A DNA stretch of 60,325 nt, filler included. It is 3 parts of 3 records of this genome, joined end to end, with 100 filler letters (N's around TTAATTAATTAA, not from the genome) between each part and the next. Parts side by side here need not be neighbours in the genome. Positions count along the whole stretch, not along the records: positions 1 to 17,370 come from DRR378314_1553; positions 17,471 to 44,059 come from DRR378314_1554; 1 more part is not named here. The stretch is one strand, 5' to 3'. Positions 14,093-24,440 of this stretch are shown here, piece by piece; the first letter of the stretch is position 1; the number at the start of each line of letters is the position of its first letter. The notes under the pieces are model-generated. The model ran no database searches and was not told the DNA's origin. It saw nothing but the letters and a program-made list of their open reading frames with translations. The translations under genes and the position numbers were made by a program.

Positions 14093-17000
14093 CTATGAAG
14101 CGGCGGATTCTGCCGCTTGTAGAGCCTCGCGCACTCTCGCGCGCGCCCCTGGGGAAAAGAACGCTATAATCTCTGCTCGCAAAAAACTTGCATCCTCATG
14201 CAATCGTTTTACGAGACTCTGTCGAGAACATATGCCGCACTGCTTCAAGCTTGATATCAGCTGTACAGCTTTCTTTGAAGACGTTGCATGTCTGGAGAGA
14301 GTGCACGCGATCACGCACAGGTGAGTACGACACCGCGAGACACTCCGCCTATCGCAGCACCGTCGTCTCGCGCAAAGCGTTCCAGCGTGCGGACGGTCGA
14401 AAGGCAAAGGGCACGCGACCGGCTTGTGCGCGTGTATATGAGGCACAGTACACACACTTTGCATAGACGAAAACAAGAAGACTGGGTCTCGTCGCACTCG
14501 GTGAGGGCAAGGTCGCCCACGCCCGGCTCACTCGCACTTCATTGCGTGTTGCGGAAAGAAAGAACCCGTGGAGCGCAACAGCACACTCTCTCGGTGCAAT
14601 ATAGCATGTAAAAATCAACAACCTCCTGTACACCGAAAACACACGAGAACGGTTCTTGCTAATATTTAAATTACAACAGTAGCTTGTGCGCGCCAAATTA
14701 CGGAGAAAAAAATCACGTACTTGATTACGGTATCTGGCTTTGTCTTCAGGGCCTCTGCGCAGTCCTTGAGCGAAGGAATCACTTTGCCGACAAGGATCGC
14801 ATACGCGAAATACCTGCAAGTACACCATCCCCCACAGCAGCGCAGCCACACACGAGATTCACGCATATTGCGAAAGTTGCAAATTTCAAGTAAATGTATT
14901 ATTCTCCACCGTAAGTGCGCGTGCGGCTCACTCATCTCCCCCGTCTGTCTACCGCTGCAGCGTACTCCGCGGAGCGCACCGGAGAGCAGCAAGAAATTTC
15001 GAGAAAGACACGCACCTGTATACGACGCGGTCGGATTCTCGCAGCGGGATTTTTGCCGGTGGCAATTCCCACTGGTAATTGCCGAAACGAGCGCGCACAC
15101 GCGCAATCACCGCGTCGCGTGTGGCGCTATATGAAGGCGGCGGATCTTCCACGATCGTCTCGCCCGTCATGAGCGGCGTTCCGCGCGCGTACTCAAAGAT
15201 CCATTTCGGGTCCACCCTCGTGCAGCCGCGCAGGAACGCTACTTCGTTCCTGCGCGATAGTACAACGTCGGCAAACGCCACGTATTCCGCGTCGGACAGC
15301 GGGGAAGAGCGGTGGACCGCACAGCGCTGCACGGCGCCGCCGCTCACACCTCCGCCCGCGACCGCACAGTCCTCCCCGCGATCGCACATGTAGTAGTGTG
15401 CGCCGCGGCGACGCGCAATACGGTCCACGAGACCCGCAGTGAGCGCACGGCAGAGCGTGTCCGCGCGCGCATCGTCGAGCGGTCGTCGGAGCTGTCGTAT
15501 AGCGTCCGCACCGCCGCGGAGACCAGCGAGTTCGCACGCGTTTGCGAGCTGTTCAACGAGCTGCGCCGCCTCACGCAGCGTCTTCAGCCGTAATCCGTGC
15601 GATTTACACCACGATCCAAGCGACTCGGAGCGCAAATCTGCACATTGAGAACGACAGGGCGATCACAAAAAAGGACACGGTTGTGCGCGCGGTCGAGAGC
15701 TTACGAGGGCGAAATTGCAAGAAATAGACGACAATAGAGTCACAATACGAGACCTCGAGCGCCGAGTTTTCCAGACGAAGATTCCACGAGCATACCTTTC
15801 GAGCGATCACGCTCGAACAGAAACGCTCCCAAAGCCTTCACATCACCGATGAGTTCGGAGCGTGAATCGCGCCAGAGGTCGCGCAGGCGATCGCGCCGGT
15901 CGCTCGCGCTCAGGAGCTCCGCGGTTTCCTCGTCACTGGAACTCGACGAAGAACCGGAATCACCGGACGAAGCTGCAAAACACATACCAAACGCACAACG
16001 CAATTTCTTTTTGATTTCCTGATGTGGGTGTGGCGGCAATAGCGAAACAAAGTCGGTTTCTGCCCATCGTATTGTATCGGACAGTCAACGCTGGGAAAAC
16101 GCAAAGAGAGTCGCAGGACGACGAGACTCGCGTGCTGTGATTCTCGCAGACACAACCAGCGATCACGACGATGCTCCCCCGACCGTTACACGGAGCTGTT
16201 GCGCGTGGCGAGTCCGCGCCCACTCCACCGAGGACACGCGCGTCATACCGTTCCCCTCTTTTGTGTATGCGGCTAAGATGCGCGGGTCGATTGGCGAACC
16301 GACACTGAGGACTGATACTGCTGCGAGTCCGTACGGAAGAATCCCCGTCGAGGCGCACACGGCGAGAACGCGCCCAAAACGCGGAGAAATCGGTATTCGG
16401 GCAAGTCTTCGACGTTTACGAGCGTTCATATCCACACACACGAACCAGGGTTGCCACGTAAAAAAGGAAAACGAGGTACAGAGGAACGAAGCGGTTTCGA
16501 GTGAGAAGCAGGACAGTACGGAAAGAACAAAAACGAGGGAAAGGCAGCGACTCACTATCACTTGTGCGGAGACGCGGCAGTTCGTGTTTGCGCTTCTCCC
16601 GAGGAAAAGGAAGAACCTGCACAATCCAAACAAGAACCTTGCTTGTACACAGCAGAGAATCTACGCCTCTTTCAATCGACACAGGACTCATACACTTTGT
16701 ATTAGTGTCCTGCATACTTGTTTTCTATCGTGGAGCAATGAGGAGAAAGAAGCGAGTGTGTACGTACTGGACGGGGAGCACGTCTTCGCTGTTACTTCCA
16801 GGTGCAGAACGAGCGCGCAGCGGTCGTGCGGCGTTCATTATCCGTACCTTTTCCCGGCGTCGGTAACGTAGAGAGTATCCTCTTCCCCTGCCAAGCATTG
16901 TAGGCATTGTAAGGCTCGTGTGGCTGCTTTGAGCTCATCCGGCGGCGGCGGCGACGGGAACGGGAAGCGCGACACTGCAGCGATACCCATCGCGCGCAGC

Positions 17001-17167
17001 TGCAGCACGAGACCGTCGAGCGGGACACGCTGGATCTCCGGCGGTTCAAACTGCTCGAATTCGCGCTGGAACACAGCTGACGAGTACAAACGGTAGCAGT
17101 GGCCAGGGCCCGTTCTTCCCGCTCGCCCTGCGCGCTGATCCGCAGAGGCCTTTGAAATCCAAGAAAC
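14093..17167 (-). CDS. DHX37: DEAH-box RNA helicase DHX37/Dhr1, 3' half, spliced
   Basis: Exons 17167-16848, 16406-16249, 15972-15796, 15637-15016, 14813-14721 and 14291-14093 join with consistent phases. Motif VI region [41 protein letters not shown]2 [11 protein letters not shown] and C-terminal WELP are present. Confidence 0.9.
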
Positions 17168-17370
17168 CTGCGACGCAGCGAGTGAGTGCGAATCATTCGG
17201 AGTGAGCAGTGATGCGAAAGACACTACAGAAGCGACTTTTTGTTCGCCGCACAGTGCGTCAGTGTCTCGATTAACACACGCATCTCTGCTCCTGCTGGAC
17301 GGCGTCGAAGCGCCTCGATTAGCTATTGATTCTCTTTCTCAGTCACCTACTGCAATTAACTCTCTCTCTC

Positions 17371-17470
17371 NNNNNNNNNNNNNNNNNNNNNNNNNNNNNN
17401 NNNNNNNNNNNNNNTTAATTAATTAANNNNNNNNNNNNNNNNNNNNNNNNNNNNNNNNNNNNNNNNNNNN
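17371..17470. other. Artificial contig junction (N run with TTAATTAATTAA all-frame stop linker)
   Basis: 100-nt block with linker at 17415-17426. Intron-containing genes lie to the left and bacterial operons to the right. Confidence 0.97.
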
Positions 17471-17472
17471 AG

Positions 17473-17730
17473 CGTATTATACGAACCCGTACGTATATCA
17501 AGCGTTCGTATAACTCCAAACGCCCTCCCGAACATGGCTCAAAAAAACCAATATAGTTCATAAACTTAAATCGCGCACCCAAGGTACTGGATTCGGTGTT
17601 TTACGAACGCGTTCGTATAACTCCATTTTCGCCAAGCCGTATAACACCTGGCGCTTTTTCAAAAAGCCTAGTTATTTCAACAACCTGTAATCGGGCTTTT
17701 GGAGTTATACGCCCTAGTTCGTATAACTCC
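17473..17730. repeat. Array of CGTATAACTCC-type half-sites including two 11-8-11 palindromes
   Basis: Half-sites at 17473-17483 (degenerate), 17507-17517, 17595-17605, 17614-17624, 17638-17648, 17701-17711 and 17720-17730. Confidence 0.85.
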
Positions 17731-17742
17731 GGCCCACATCGG

Positions 17743-18246
17743 TCAATGCCCGGAATGATCCATCCCATCCCCTTCCATCTTCATCTCCCCATCCAGCGGC
17801 GCAACCTTCAGTTCAATCTCCATGGCTTCGGCGCCCTCAAAGGTTACCGTCAGCGGTATGCTCTCCCCTTCTTTCAAAGGCGCCTCCAGCTTTTCCAGCA
17901 TCAGGTGGTAGCTGTGGGGCTTCAATTCCACGGTGTCACCGGCTGGGATGGTCAGTCCGTCTTTCAGCGGGCGCATGGTCATGGTGCCGTCTTTCATCGC
18001 GCTTTCGTGAATGGAGACGTTCTTCGCCCTGGGTGTGGTGGCGCTGGTGAAGGTGATGTCTTTGTCGCTGTGGTTGGTGATGGCCATGTAGCCGACGCCC
18101 ACGGGTACGCCGGGGGGTGTTGGGCGGCTCCAGGGGTGGTCGATGGTGACGGTGTCATTAGAGTAGTCGTGGGCGAGAGCGGGTGTGGCAATCAGGGTGC
18201 TGCAGGCGATCAGGGCGCTGGCGGCCAGTTTTTTGAGTGGGTTCAC
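17743..18246 (-). CDS. Periplasmic copper chaperone PCu(A)C
   Basis: Signal peptide, then HPWSRPT, GYMAITN, IHES..M.MRP, LKPHSYHLML and a His/Met-rich tail. Confidence 0.92.
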   Translation of the reverse strand: MNPLKKLAASALIACSTLIATPALAHDYSNDTVTIDHPWSRPTPPGVPVGVGYMAITNHSDKDITFTSATTPRAKNVSIHESAMKDGTMTMRPLKDGLTIPAGDTVELKPHSYHLMLEKLEAPLKEGESIPLTVTFEGAEAMEIELKVAPLDGEMKMEGDGMDHSGH

Positions 18247-18273
18247 GGTGTTTCTGCCTCTTCAATGGTTGTT

Positions 18274-20244
18274 TTAATGGGAATAGTCGTCGGAGCCATG
18301 GCGTTCCGATTTCAGGAACCGTGTGCCGCCAGAGCGTGAATTCAGTTGCCGGATGTTGGTCGGCGCGCCAGTGTCATCCAGCTCCACCACGCCAATACCG
18401 GCGTTGTTCCATAGCCGTTCGCCAGCGTCTCGCCCTTCGGGCAGCCTGGGGCTTACGCGCATGCGCCGGCGCTTGGTAAACCAGTTCAGCGGGGACCAGG
18501 GCGCGTACAGCCAGCGGTTGAGTCTGTCCAGCCACTCCATAAGGGTGTGGGGGAATTCGTTCTTGATGCCGCTGCTGGTGATCTGCCAGATTCGGGGCCG
18601 CTCGGGCCGGTGGCGCAGTCGAACATCGTAGACGAAGGAGTAATGCACGTCACCTGAGAGGATCACGAAGGTTTCCGGCGTGCGGGAGTGTCGAAAGATG
18701 TTCAGCAGCACGTTGGCGGCGCCCCGGTGGGCCATCCAGTTTTCGGCGTCCACCACCAAGGGTTTGCCAAAGAAGGTGAACACGCTCTGGATGGCTTCGA
18801 TCAGTTTCACGCCGAACATGGGCGCGGGCGACACCACGATCACGGCTTTTTCGCCCATCACGTCCTGCTGGAACTCGGTCAGCGCTTCCCAGTCCAGCAG
18901 GCCGGACGGCCGGGCGCGGTTGAGTTCGCTGCGCCAGCGCCGGGTGCGGGTGTCCAGCACCACGATTTTCGGTGAGGTGTTCAGCGTATAGTGCCATTGC
19001 TGGAACTGCAGCAGGGTATCAATCAGTTGGTCCTGCCCGGTTTGGTCGAGCACGCCGCCCTGCTCCGCCGAGCCGGCCAGGTCCTTGATGGCCGGCATGA
19101 TGTCCTCGAAGGCGTCAGGGTTGTTGCCCCATCCCTGGCACAGCAGGTAGGCCACCAGCGCATTGCCAACGATGCGCCGGGAGAACGGGTGTTCGTAGGT
19201 GGTGGCTTCCCACAGGGCTGACAGGTTCCAGTCGTCCGTCACGTCGTGGTCGTCAAAGATCATGTAGGTGGGCAGATGCGCCAGCGCTCGTGAGGCGCGG
19301 GGCAAGCCGGCTACGAACTCGTCGATGGCGGCTTGCTGGTCCTGATAAGCCGTGGCGTCTTCGGCGTTCAGCTCGGGTTGGTCCTGCCGCAACAGCTCCC
19401 AGCACACCGGTGACCATACCAGCAGGTACATGGCCGTGACTTCGCTGAGGGAAATCAGGTGGTTGTGGGCACTGGCGGTGGTGAACACCGGTTTGCGTAC
19501 GCCGCCGAAGAATCGTTCAATCAGCGCTTCGTTGCTGCGCACATCCGGGAGCAGTTTTTCCCTGTGGAAGTAGGTGTCGGCGCTTTCCCGCAAGGTTTTG
19601 CTGTCGCTGACAGAACCGCCGGTGAGCGTTTCCTCGTACAGGCCCAGGCGGTCAATCAGTTGGTGTATGGCCCGCAGCATGGGGCCGGCCACATCGTCGG
19701 CGTAGATCTGGTCGCCGGTCATCAGCAGCAAGGCCGGCCGCTGGGCGATATCACTCTGGGCCTCCAACAGGGATTCGTCCACCCTCACCAACCCGTCAGC
19801 GGCGGTCGAATGGGGCCGCCGGCAGGAACCGTGGGCCAGGCGGTCCAGCCGTTCCCGGAGGGTAAAATCGGGGCGGTCGGCATCCGGCAGGCACAGGTGT
19901 GGTGCCCACTCCCGTATCCAGGATTCCTTCCTGCCATTGGAATCCGATGCTTCAGCGGACACGCCCAGGTCGTAGCCGATGCGGGTGTTGGCCGGTAGGG
20001 CATCATCCGTTTCCACGTCGATCAAATACAGGTAGGCGGAGGCACCGAACCGCACTCGGGTGACGTCTCTCTCAGTCAGTACCCGATCCTGCCACGGCTC
20101 GCCGGATTCCGGCAAATAAAGCCGCAACCTCAGAGTAAGCGCGCAGGAACCCACCAGCCAAAGAGTAAGCCGGCTTGCCGTTGTGTGCCGGAGAATCGGC
20201 CCGGCCAACACCGGCGGCAGGGACTGCGAAGACGGCTCACTCAT
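18274..20244 (-). CDS. PhoD-like alkaline phosphatase D family metallophosphoesterase
   Basis: Motifs HGSCR, MTGDQIYADDV, MIFDDHDVTDDWN, LDTRT and LSGDVHYS. ATG at 20244 has a GGAGGA RBS. Confidence 0.88.
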   Translation of the reverse strand: MSEPSSQSLPPVLAGPILRHTTASRLTLWLVGSCALTLRLRLYLPESGEPWQDRVLTERDVTRVRFGASAYLYLIDVETDDALPANTRIGYDLGVSAEASDSNGRKESWIREWAPHLCLPDADRPDFTLRERLDRLAHGSCRRPHSTAADGLVRVDESLLEAQSDIAQRPALLLMTGDQIYADDVAGPMLRAIHQLIDRLGLYEETLTGGSVSDSKTLRESADTYFHREKLLPDVRSNEALIERFFGGVRKPVFTTASAHNHLISLSEVTAMYLLVWSPVCWELLRQDQPELNAEDATAYQDQQAAIDEFVAGLPRASRALAHLPTYMIFDDHDVTDDWNLSALWEATTYEHPFSRRIVGNALVAYLLCQGWGNNPDAFEDIMPAIKDLAGSAEQGGVLDQTGQDQLIDTLLQFQQWHYTLNTSPKIVVLDTRTRRWRSELNRARPSGLLDWEALTEFQQDVMGEKAVIVVSPAPMFGVKLIEAIQSVFTFFGKPLVVDAENWMAHRGAANVLLNIFRHSRTPETFVILSGDVHYSFVYDVRLRHRPERPRIWQITSSGIKNEFPHTLMEWLDRLNRWLYAPWSPLNWFTKRRRMRVSPRLPEGRDAGERLWNNAGIGVVELDDTGAPTNIRQLNSRSGGTRFLKSERHGSDDYSH

Positions 20245-20349
20245 TTCATCCTCCTGACACACTTCGATGTTTTATTGATGTTTACCAGACATTTCCTTGA
20301 ACCTTGCCCGCTTCGGTAGGGGCGTCTCAACCAACGTCCGGTGACAACA

Positions 20350-21354
20350 ATGCGAGTCGGTGACAATTTTTCGAAGAACCTGCACAAACTGGGTTACTAC
20401 TCTGGGAACGCAGTACGCTCCCTGGTTCCCCGAGCTTACTGGCAACGCCAGTGCGACCTGCTGATGGCAGCGTACGAGGCCGAAATACCTGCACGCAAGG
20501 CCGCGATCGACGCCCGGGTTGCCTACTACAATCGAATGTCGTCCCCTTTCTCACTGCCTGTGTCGGCAGAACGCGCCGGCGACTTTACCTTTGCCGGTAA
20601 GAGTAGCGCGTACTGTTTCGATTTTCGCAACCTTATCCAGTGTTTCCCCCGTGACCGAAAAGTGGATTACCAGTTCGGAGACGTCACGGAAATTCCCGAT
20701 GAGCCACGCTTTGTGAAGAGCCGGCCCATTCGCCGCGATGCCACCAATCGCAACTCAGTATTACTCAAACTCAACTCGGTTCGGCATTACCAATTTGTTG
20801 AGGACCTCACCCCGTTCCGCGAAAAGAAGCCCATGGCGGTGTGGCGCGGCAAGTCCAACCGCCAACACCGTATCGATTTTGCCAACCGGTTTACGGACCA
20901 CCCGCTGTGCGATATTGGCTGCACTCAGCACAAGGAACCCGAGGCCCAGCCCTACCACAAGGACTTCATGAGCATTGAGGAACAGCTGCAACATCAGTTC
21001 GTGGTGAGCGTGGAAGGCATTGATGTAGCGACGAACCTGAAGTGGATCATGGCCTCCAACTCCCTGTGCCTGATGCGCCGGCCCCGTTTCGAAACCTGGT
21101 TTATGGAGGGCGCGCTGGTGCCCGGTTACCACTACGTGGAACTGGCCGACGACCATTCCGACCTGCCCGAGAAAATCCGCTACTACCAGAACCACCCCGA
21201 TGAGGCGGAGGCGATCATCGCCAACGCCAACCGGTACGTTACAAAGTTTTATGATCAACAAATGGAACAGACTATTGCACTGTTGGTGATTCAGAAATAC
21301 CTTCAACTGAGCGGACAGGAGGTGTACGACCTCCCACGTCTAAAGGCCAGTTGA
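20350..21354 (+). CDS. Glycosyltransferase family 90 (LpsA/CAP10-like LPS modification protein)
   Basis: Motifs AVWRG, SVEGIDVATNLKWIMASNSL, ETWFMEG.LVPGYHYV and AEAIIANA. Confidence 0.85.
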   Translation: MRVGDNFSKNLHKLGYYSGNAVRSLVPRAYWQRQCDLLMAAYEAEIPARKAAIDARVAYYNRMSSPFSLPVSAERAGDFTFAGKSSAYCFDFRNLIQCFPRDRKVDYQFGDVTEIPDEPRFVKSRPIRRDATNRNSVLLKLNSVRHYQFVEDLTPFREKKPMAVWRGKSNRQHRIDFANRFTDHPLCDIGCTQHKEPEAQPYHKDFMSIEEQLQHQFVVSVEGIDVATNLKWIMASNSLCLMRRPRFETWFMEGALVPGYHYVELADDHSDLPEKIRYYQNHPDEAEAIIANANRYVTKFYDQQMEQTIALLVIQKYLQLSGQEVYDLPRLKAS

Positions 21355-21405
21355 ACAGGTCAACGGTTGTTTGCGGTTTTTTACAACCGGACCAGGAGTG
21401 AACAG

Positions 21406-22146
21406 ATGAACGCCATGAACATTCTCAACCAGTTGATGAAGCAGGCCTCGGGCGGCCAGGGCCAGCCCGGCAAGAGTGGGGGAACCGACGTCAACCGCAT
21501 GGTTGGCGAGCTGGCGTCGCAGTTCAAGGGCGGCGGTTCCAAAGGCTCTGGCAGCGGCGGCATTGATGTTAAGAGCCTGCTCGGCGGTGGTGCCCTTGGG
21601 CTGATGGTGGGTTCGAAACGCGGCCGGAAAATGGGTGGAACAGCGTTGAAATACGGCGCCCTGGCCGGTGTTGGCGTGCTGGCCTGGAAGGCCTACCAGA
21701 ACTACCAGTCGCAATCGTCCAGCCAGGCTGCAGCCCCGGCAAACAACGCCCAGGAAGGCCAGCCACTGGAACAACTTCAGGGCAGCGCCCAGGAGCAGCG
21801 CGGGCTGGAGATACTCCAGGCCATGATCATGGCGGCCAGGGCCGATGGCCATGTCGACGCCAACGAACGTGCGATGCTGACCCAGGAAATCGAAAACCTC
21901 GGCCCGGACGACGAACTCCATGCCTGGATACAGCAGCAATTCGACGCTCCGCTGGATGCCACCGCCCTAGCCCGCAACGCGGATTCCCCCCAGGCCAGCC
22001 GGGAGATCTACGTCGTCAGCGTTGCCATGATTGACGACCAGAACCCTATGGAGCGCGCCTGGTTGGACCAATTGGCCAGCGCCTTGAAGCTCGAACCTCC
22101 CCTCGCGGCTGAGCTGGAGCACCAGGTGCTGAACGCGAACCGCTAA
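21406..22146 (+). CDS. DUF533/YebE family (TerB-like) protein
   Basis: Gly-rich N-terminus, LAWKAYQNY, AMIMAARADGHVDANER and ERAWLDQLASAL. GGAG RBS precedes the ATG. Confidence 0.88.
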   Translation: MNAMNILNQLMKQASGGQGQPGKSGGTDVNRMVGELASQFKGGGSKGSGSGGIDVKSLLGGGALGLMVGSKRGRKMGGTALKYGALAGVGVLAWKAYQNYQSQSSSQAAAPANNAQEGQPLEQLQGSAQEQRGLEILQAMIMAARADGHVDANERAMLTQEIENLGPDDELHAWIQQQFDAPLDATALARNADSPQASREIYVVSVAMIDDQNPMERAWLDQLASALKLEPPLAAELEHQVLNANR

Positions 22147-22150
22147 ACGA

Positions 22151-22756
22151 CTAATCGGTCGGCGACACTCTCGCCAGTATCGTCGGGTTATCCGACAACG
22201 GCAGCGCAATCACCACCCCCTCGTTTGACGAGGGGGATATACCGGTCAATGCTGTGATATTGACCTGATGTGATACCAGCACTATCGGCGGCCTGGGCTC
22301 CATGCTGTTCACAATGGCGATGGTCTGCTCGGTCTGCATGTCCGCCTTGCCTCGATTCCGAAAGAATGAATTTAGCGACAGCATCTCCTCCACCGGCCCC
22401 ACATCCATTTCATGCGCGGTGTCCATGCAACGGCACCACTGGCTGCTGAAGACCCTCGCTTCATCAATACCGTGTTCCGCCAGATAGGGCTTCCACGCCC
22501 TCGCCTGCTCGCGCCCCTCGGCATTCAGGTTTCGCTGCGTGCTGCAATCGTCGACATCAAAGTTGGCAGGGTCGCCGGTTCCCGGTGCCAGAGCGTGTCG
22601 CAACATTAACACTGCCCGCCCCTCGCGGAGGGCGTGCCAGGCCTCTGACTCATTGTCAGCGGCAATTACCGGCGATGACAGAAACACGCTCAGCATCGCT
22701 ATCAGAAGAAACCGACCGGTTATGACCAACGCCTCCCTAGTCCAATACAGAAACAT
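22151..22756 (-). CDS. Histidine phosphatase (phosphoglycerate mutase-like), probably exported; start uncertain
   Basis: Motifs LRHALAPG.GDP, CSTQRNL, SSQWCRC and VSHQVNI. Hydrophobic N-terminal segment. Confidence 0.85.
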   Translation of the reverse strand: MFLYWTREALVITGRFLLIAMLSVFLSSPVIAADNESEAWHALREGRAVLMLRHALAPGTGDPANFDVDDCSTQRNLNAEGREQARAWKPYLAEHGIDEARVFSSQWCRCMDTAHEMDVGPVEEMLSLNSFFRNRGKADMQTEQTIAIVNSMEPRPPIVLVSHQVNITALTGISPSSNEGVVIALPLSDNPTILARVSPTD

Positions 22757-22843
22757 ACCAAGTCATACGTGATTGAAGCCTACCGGGCTCACCGCAACAG
22801 AAGGTAAACTTCCATCAGAACCGAACCAACCAAGGAACCTGCT

Positions 22844-23296
22844 ATGCCAATCTGGGTCGACGCCGACGCCTGCCCCGTCCCCATCCGGGAAATTCTCTGC
22901 CGCGCCGCCACCCGCTGGCAGGTCGAAACCACGTTCATCGCCAACCATGCCATCAACCTGCCCCCAAGCCCCTACATCAAACGCCGGCAGGTTCCCCAGG
23001 GTTTCGACGTGGCCGACAACGACATTATCGACCAGATGGAAAAAGGCGACCTGGTGATCACCCAGGACATCCCCCTGGCTGCCGAAGCCATCGAAAAAGG
23101 CGCGGACGTGTTCAACCCTCGCGGCCAGGCCTTTACCAAAGAAAACATCCGCCAGCGCCTGGCCATGCGCAACTTCATGGAGGAAATGCGCAACGCCGGC
23201 CAGGTTACAGGCGGCCCCGCACCGTTCAGCCAGACCGACCGCAAGGAATTCGCCGACAAGCTCGACCGCTGGCTGCAACAGAATAAAAAACGGTAA
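22844..23296 (+). CDS. yaiI: YaiI/YqxD (UPF0178, DUF188) protein
   Basis: Motifs IWVDADACPV, DVADNDI, DLVITQDIPLA, NPRG and TGGPAPF. Confidence 0.92.
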   Translation: MPIWVDADACPVPIREILCRAATRWQVETTFIANHAINLPPSPYIKRRQVPQGFDVADNDIIDQMEKGDLVITQDIPLAAEAIEKGADVFNPRGQAFTKENIRQRLAMRNFMEEMRNAGQVTGGPAPFSQTDRKEFADKLDRWLQQNKKR

Positions 23297-23372
23297 TCGG
23301 CCGGGCTGGCAATAACGCAGACAGTCGTCCAAGGTACGAATGAGCCCTCAATTCCAAGCAGGGAGGACGACC

Positions 23373-24335
23373 ATGAGCCAGAAACCCGCCGATTTGGCAC
23401 GCCTGGAGCGCTACGGGCCGGGAACCACTGAATACACCCTCGCCATCATCACCGACGAGGACCACGCCTCCCAGGTGGAGCTGGAGGATGGCCAGACCGC
23501 CTGGCAGTCCACCCTCCGCTACGACAAGCTCTATCGTGACGTGGACCCGGACACCGGAAAAGTCCGTTATCGCCTGGAAGAAATCCCGGAGGATCACGGC
23601 GGTGAGCACCACCTGATCAGCCTGATTGCCGAAGGCGGCCGTGGCGCGGAGTTCTCCGAGCTGGTGCAGTTTGGCCAGCGGTTGGTCACCTTCGATGATC
23701 GCACTGGCCTGGTGTGTGAAATCCGCAATGAAAACCAGCTTGTTCCCCGCCATATTCTGATGACCGGCAGCGGAGACGAGAAGTTCAAGGGCTTCAAAAG
23801 CGAGTGGGCCACCCTGAAAGGCGACGACATGATTGTCGGCAGCCATGGCAAAAAGCCCCAGGAAGAATGGATCAAGGTGCTGGACCGGCACTACGCACTG
23901 AGCAGTGTCGACTGGCGCGAGAACTACCAGCGCATCCGCGATGCCTTGGAGGTTGGGCCCGACGGCTACGTGATCCACGAGGCTGCGGAATGGCACCCCT
24001 ATCGCAAGGAATGGCTGTTCTTCCCCCGCAAGATTTCGACAGAGCCCTTCGACGAACCCATTGATGAACGGGAGCGCGGCGCCAATACCCTGATCATCAC
24101 CGACGAGGATTTCAGCAACATACGCACCCTCACCATCGGCGAACGGGTACCGGAGCGGGGGATCTCCTCGTTCAAGGTCATTCCGGGCTACCCCAACGAA
24201 TGCGTGGGCCTGAAGAGTGTTGAAATCGGCGACCATACGGAAACCTGGCTGTTCTGCTTCAACCTGGACGGAGAGGTTTTGCAGGAAGACACGCTTGTTG
24301 GCCGCTACAAATGTGAGGGCGTGGAGATCCTGTAG
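23373..24335 (+). CDS. Apyrase of the Ca2+-activated nucleotidase (CANT1/Cimex) beta-propeller family
   Basis: Ordered motifs IITDED, GRGAEFSEL, DDRTG, FKSEW, GYVIHEA, FFPRKIS, GISSFKVIP, LKSVE and KCEGVE. GGAGG RBS precedes the ATG. Confidence 0.88.
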   Translation: MSQKPADLARLERYGPGTTEYTLAIITDEDHASQVELEDGQTAWQSTLRYDKLYRDVDPDTGKVRYRLEEIPEDHGGEHHLISLIAEGGRGAEFSELVQFGQRLVTFDDRTGLVCEIRNENQLVPRHILMTGSGDEKFKGFKSEWATLKGDDMIVGSHGKKPQEEWIKVLDRHYALSSVDWRENYQRIRDALEVGPDGYVIHEAAEWHPYRKEWLFFPRKISTEPFDEPIDERERGANTLIITDEDFSNIRTLTIGERVPERGISSFKVIPGYPNECVGLKSVEIGDHTETWLFCFNLDGEVLQEDTLVGRYKCEGVEIL

Positions 24336-24440
24336 CCACCGAGTCCCCGCGCTTGGGCGGGGTTTTATGATAATGATTCTCTTTGAACCGACGCTCAAAT
24401 CCGCTACCCTTGCCGCTTTCTGGCGCAAGCGGAGCGAACC

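Noticed and set aside
17371-17470. Apparent eukaryote-bacterium junction suggesting HGT or endosymbiont integration
   Set aside because: The junction is an N spacer with a synthetic TTAATTAATTAA linker, and the same block recurs at 44060-44159.
17473-17730. CRISPR array or LexA boxes
   Set aside because: Only three imperfect units with ~76-nt intervals and no cas genes. CGAAC-GC-GTTCG has a 2-nt spacer, not the 4-nt Cheo box, and does not match the gammaproteobacterial CTGT-N8-ACAG.
20299-20327. Sigma-E/AlgU promoter GAACCT...GTCT upstream of GT90
   Set aside because: The spacer is 19 nt, too long for the 16-17-nt consensus.
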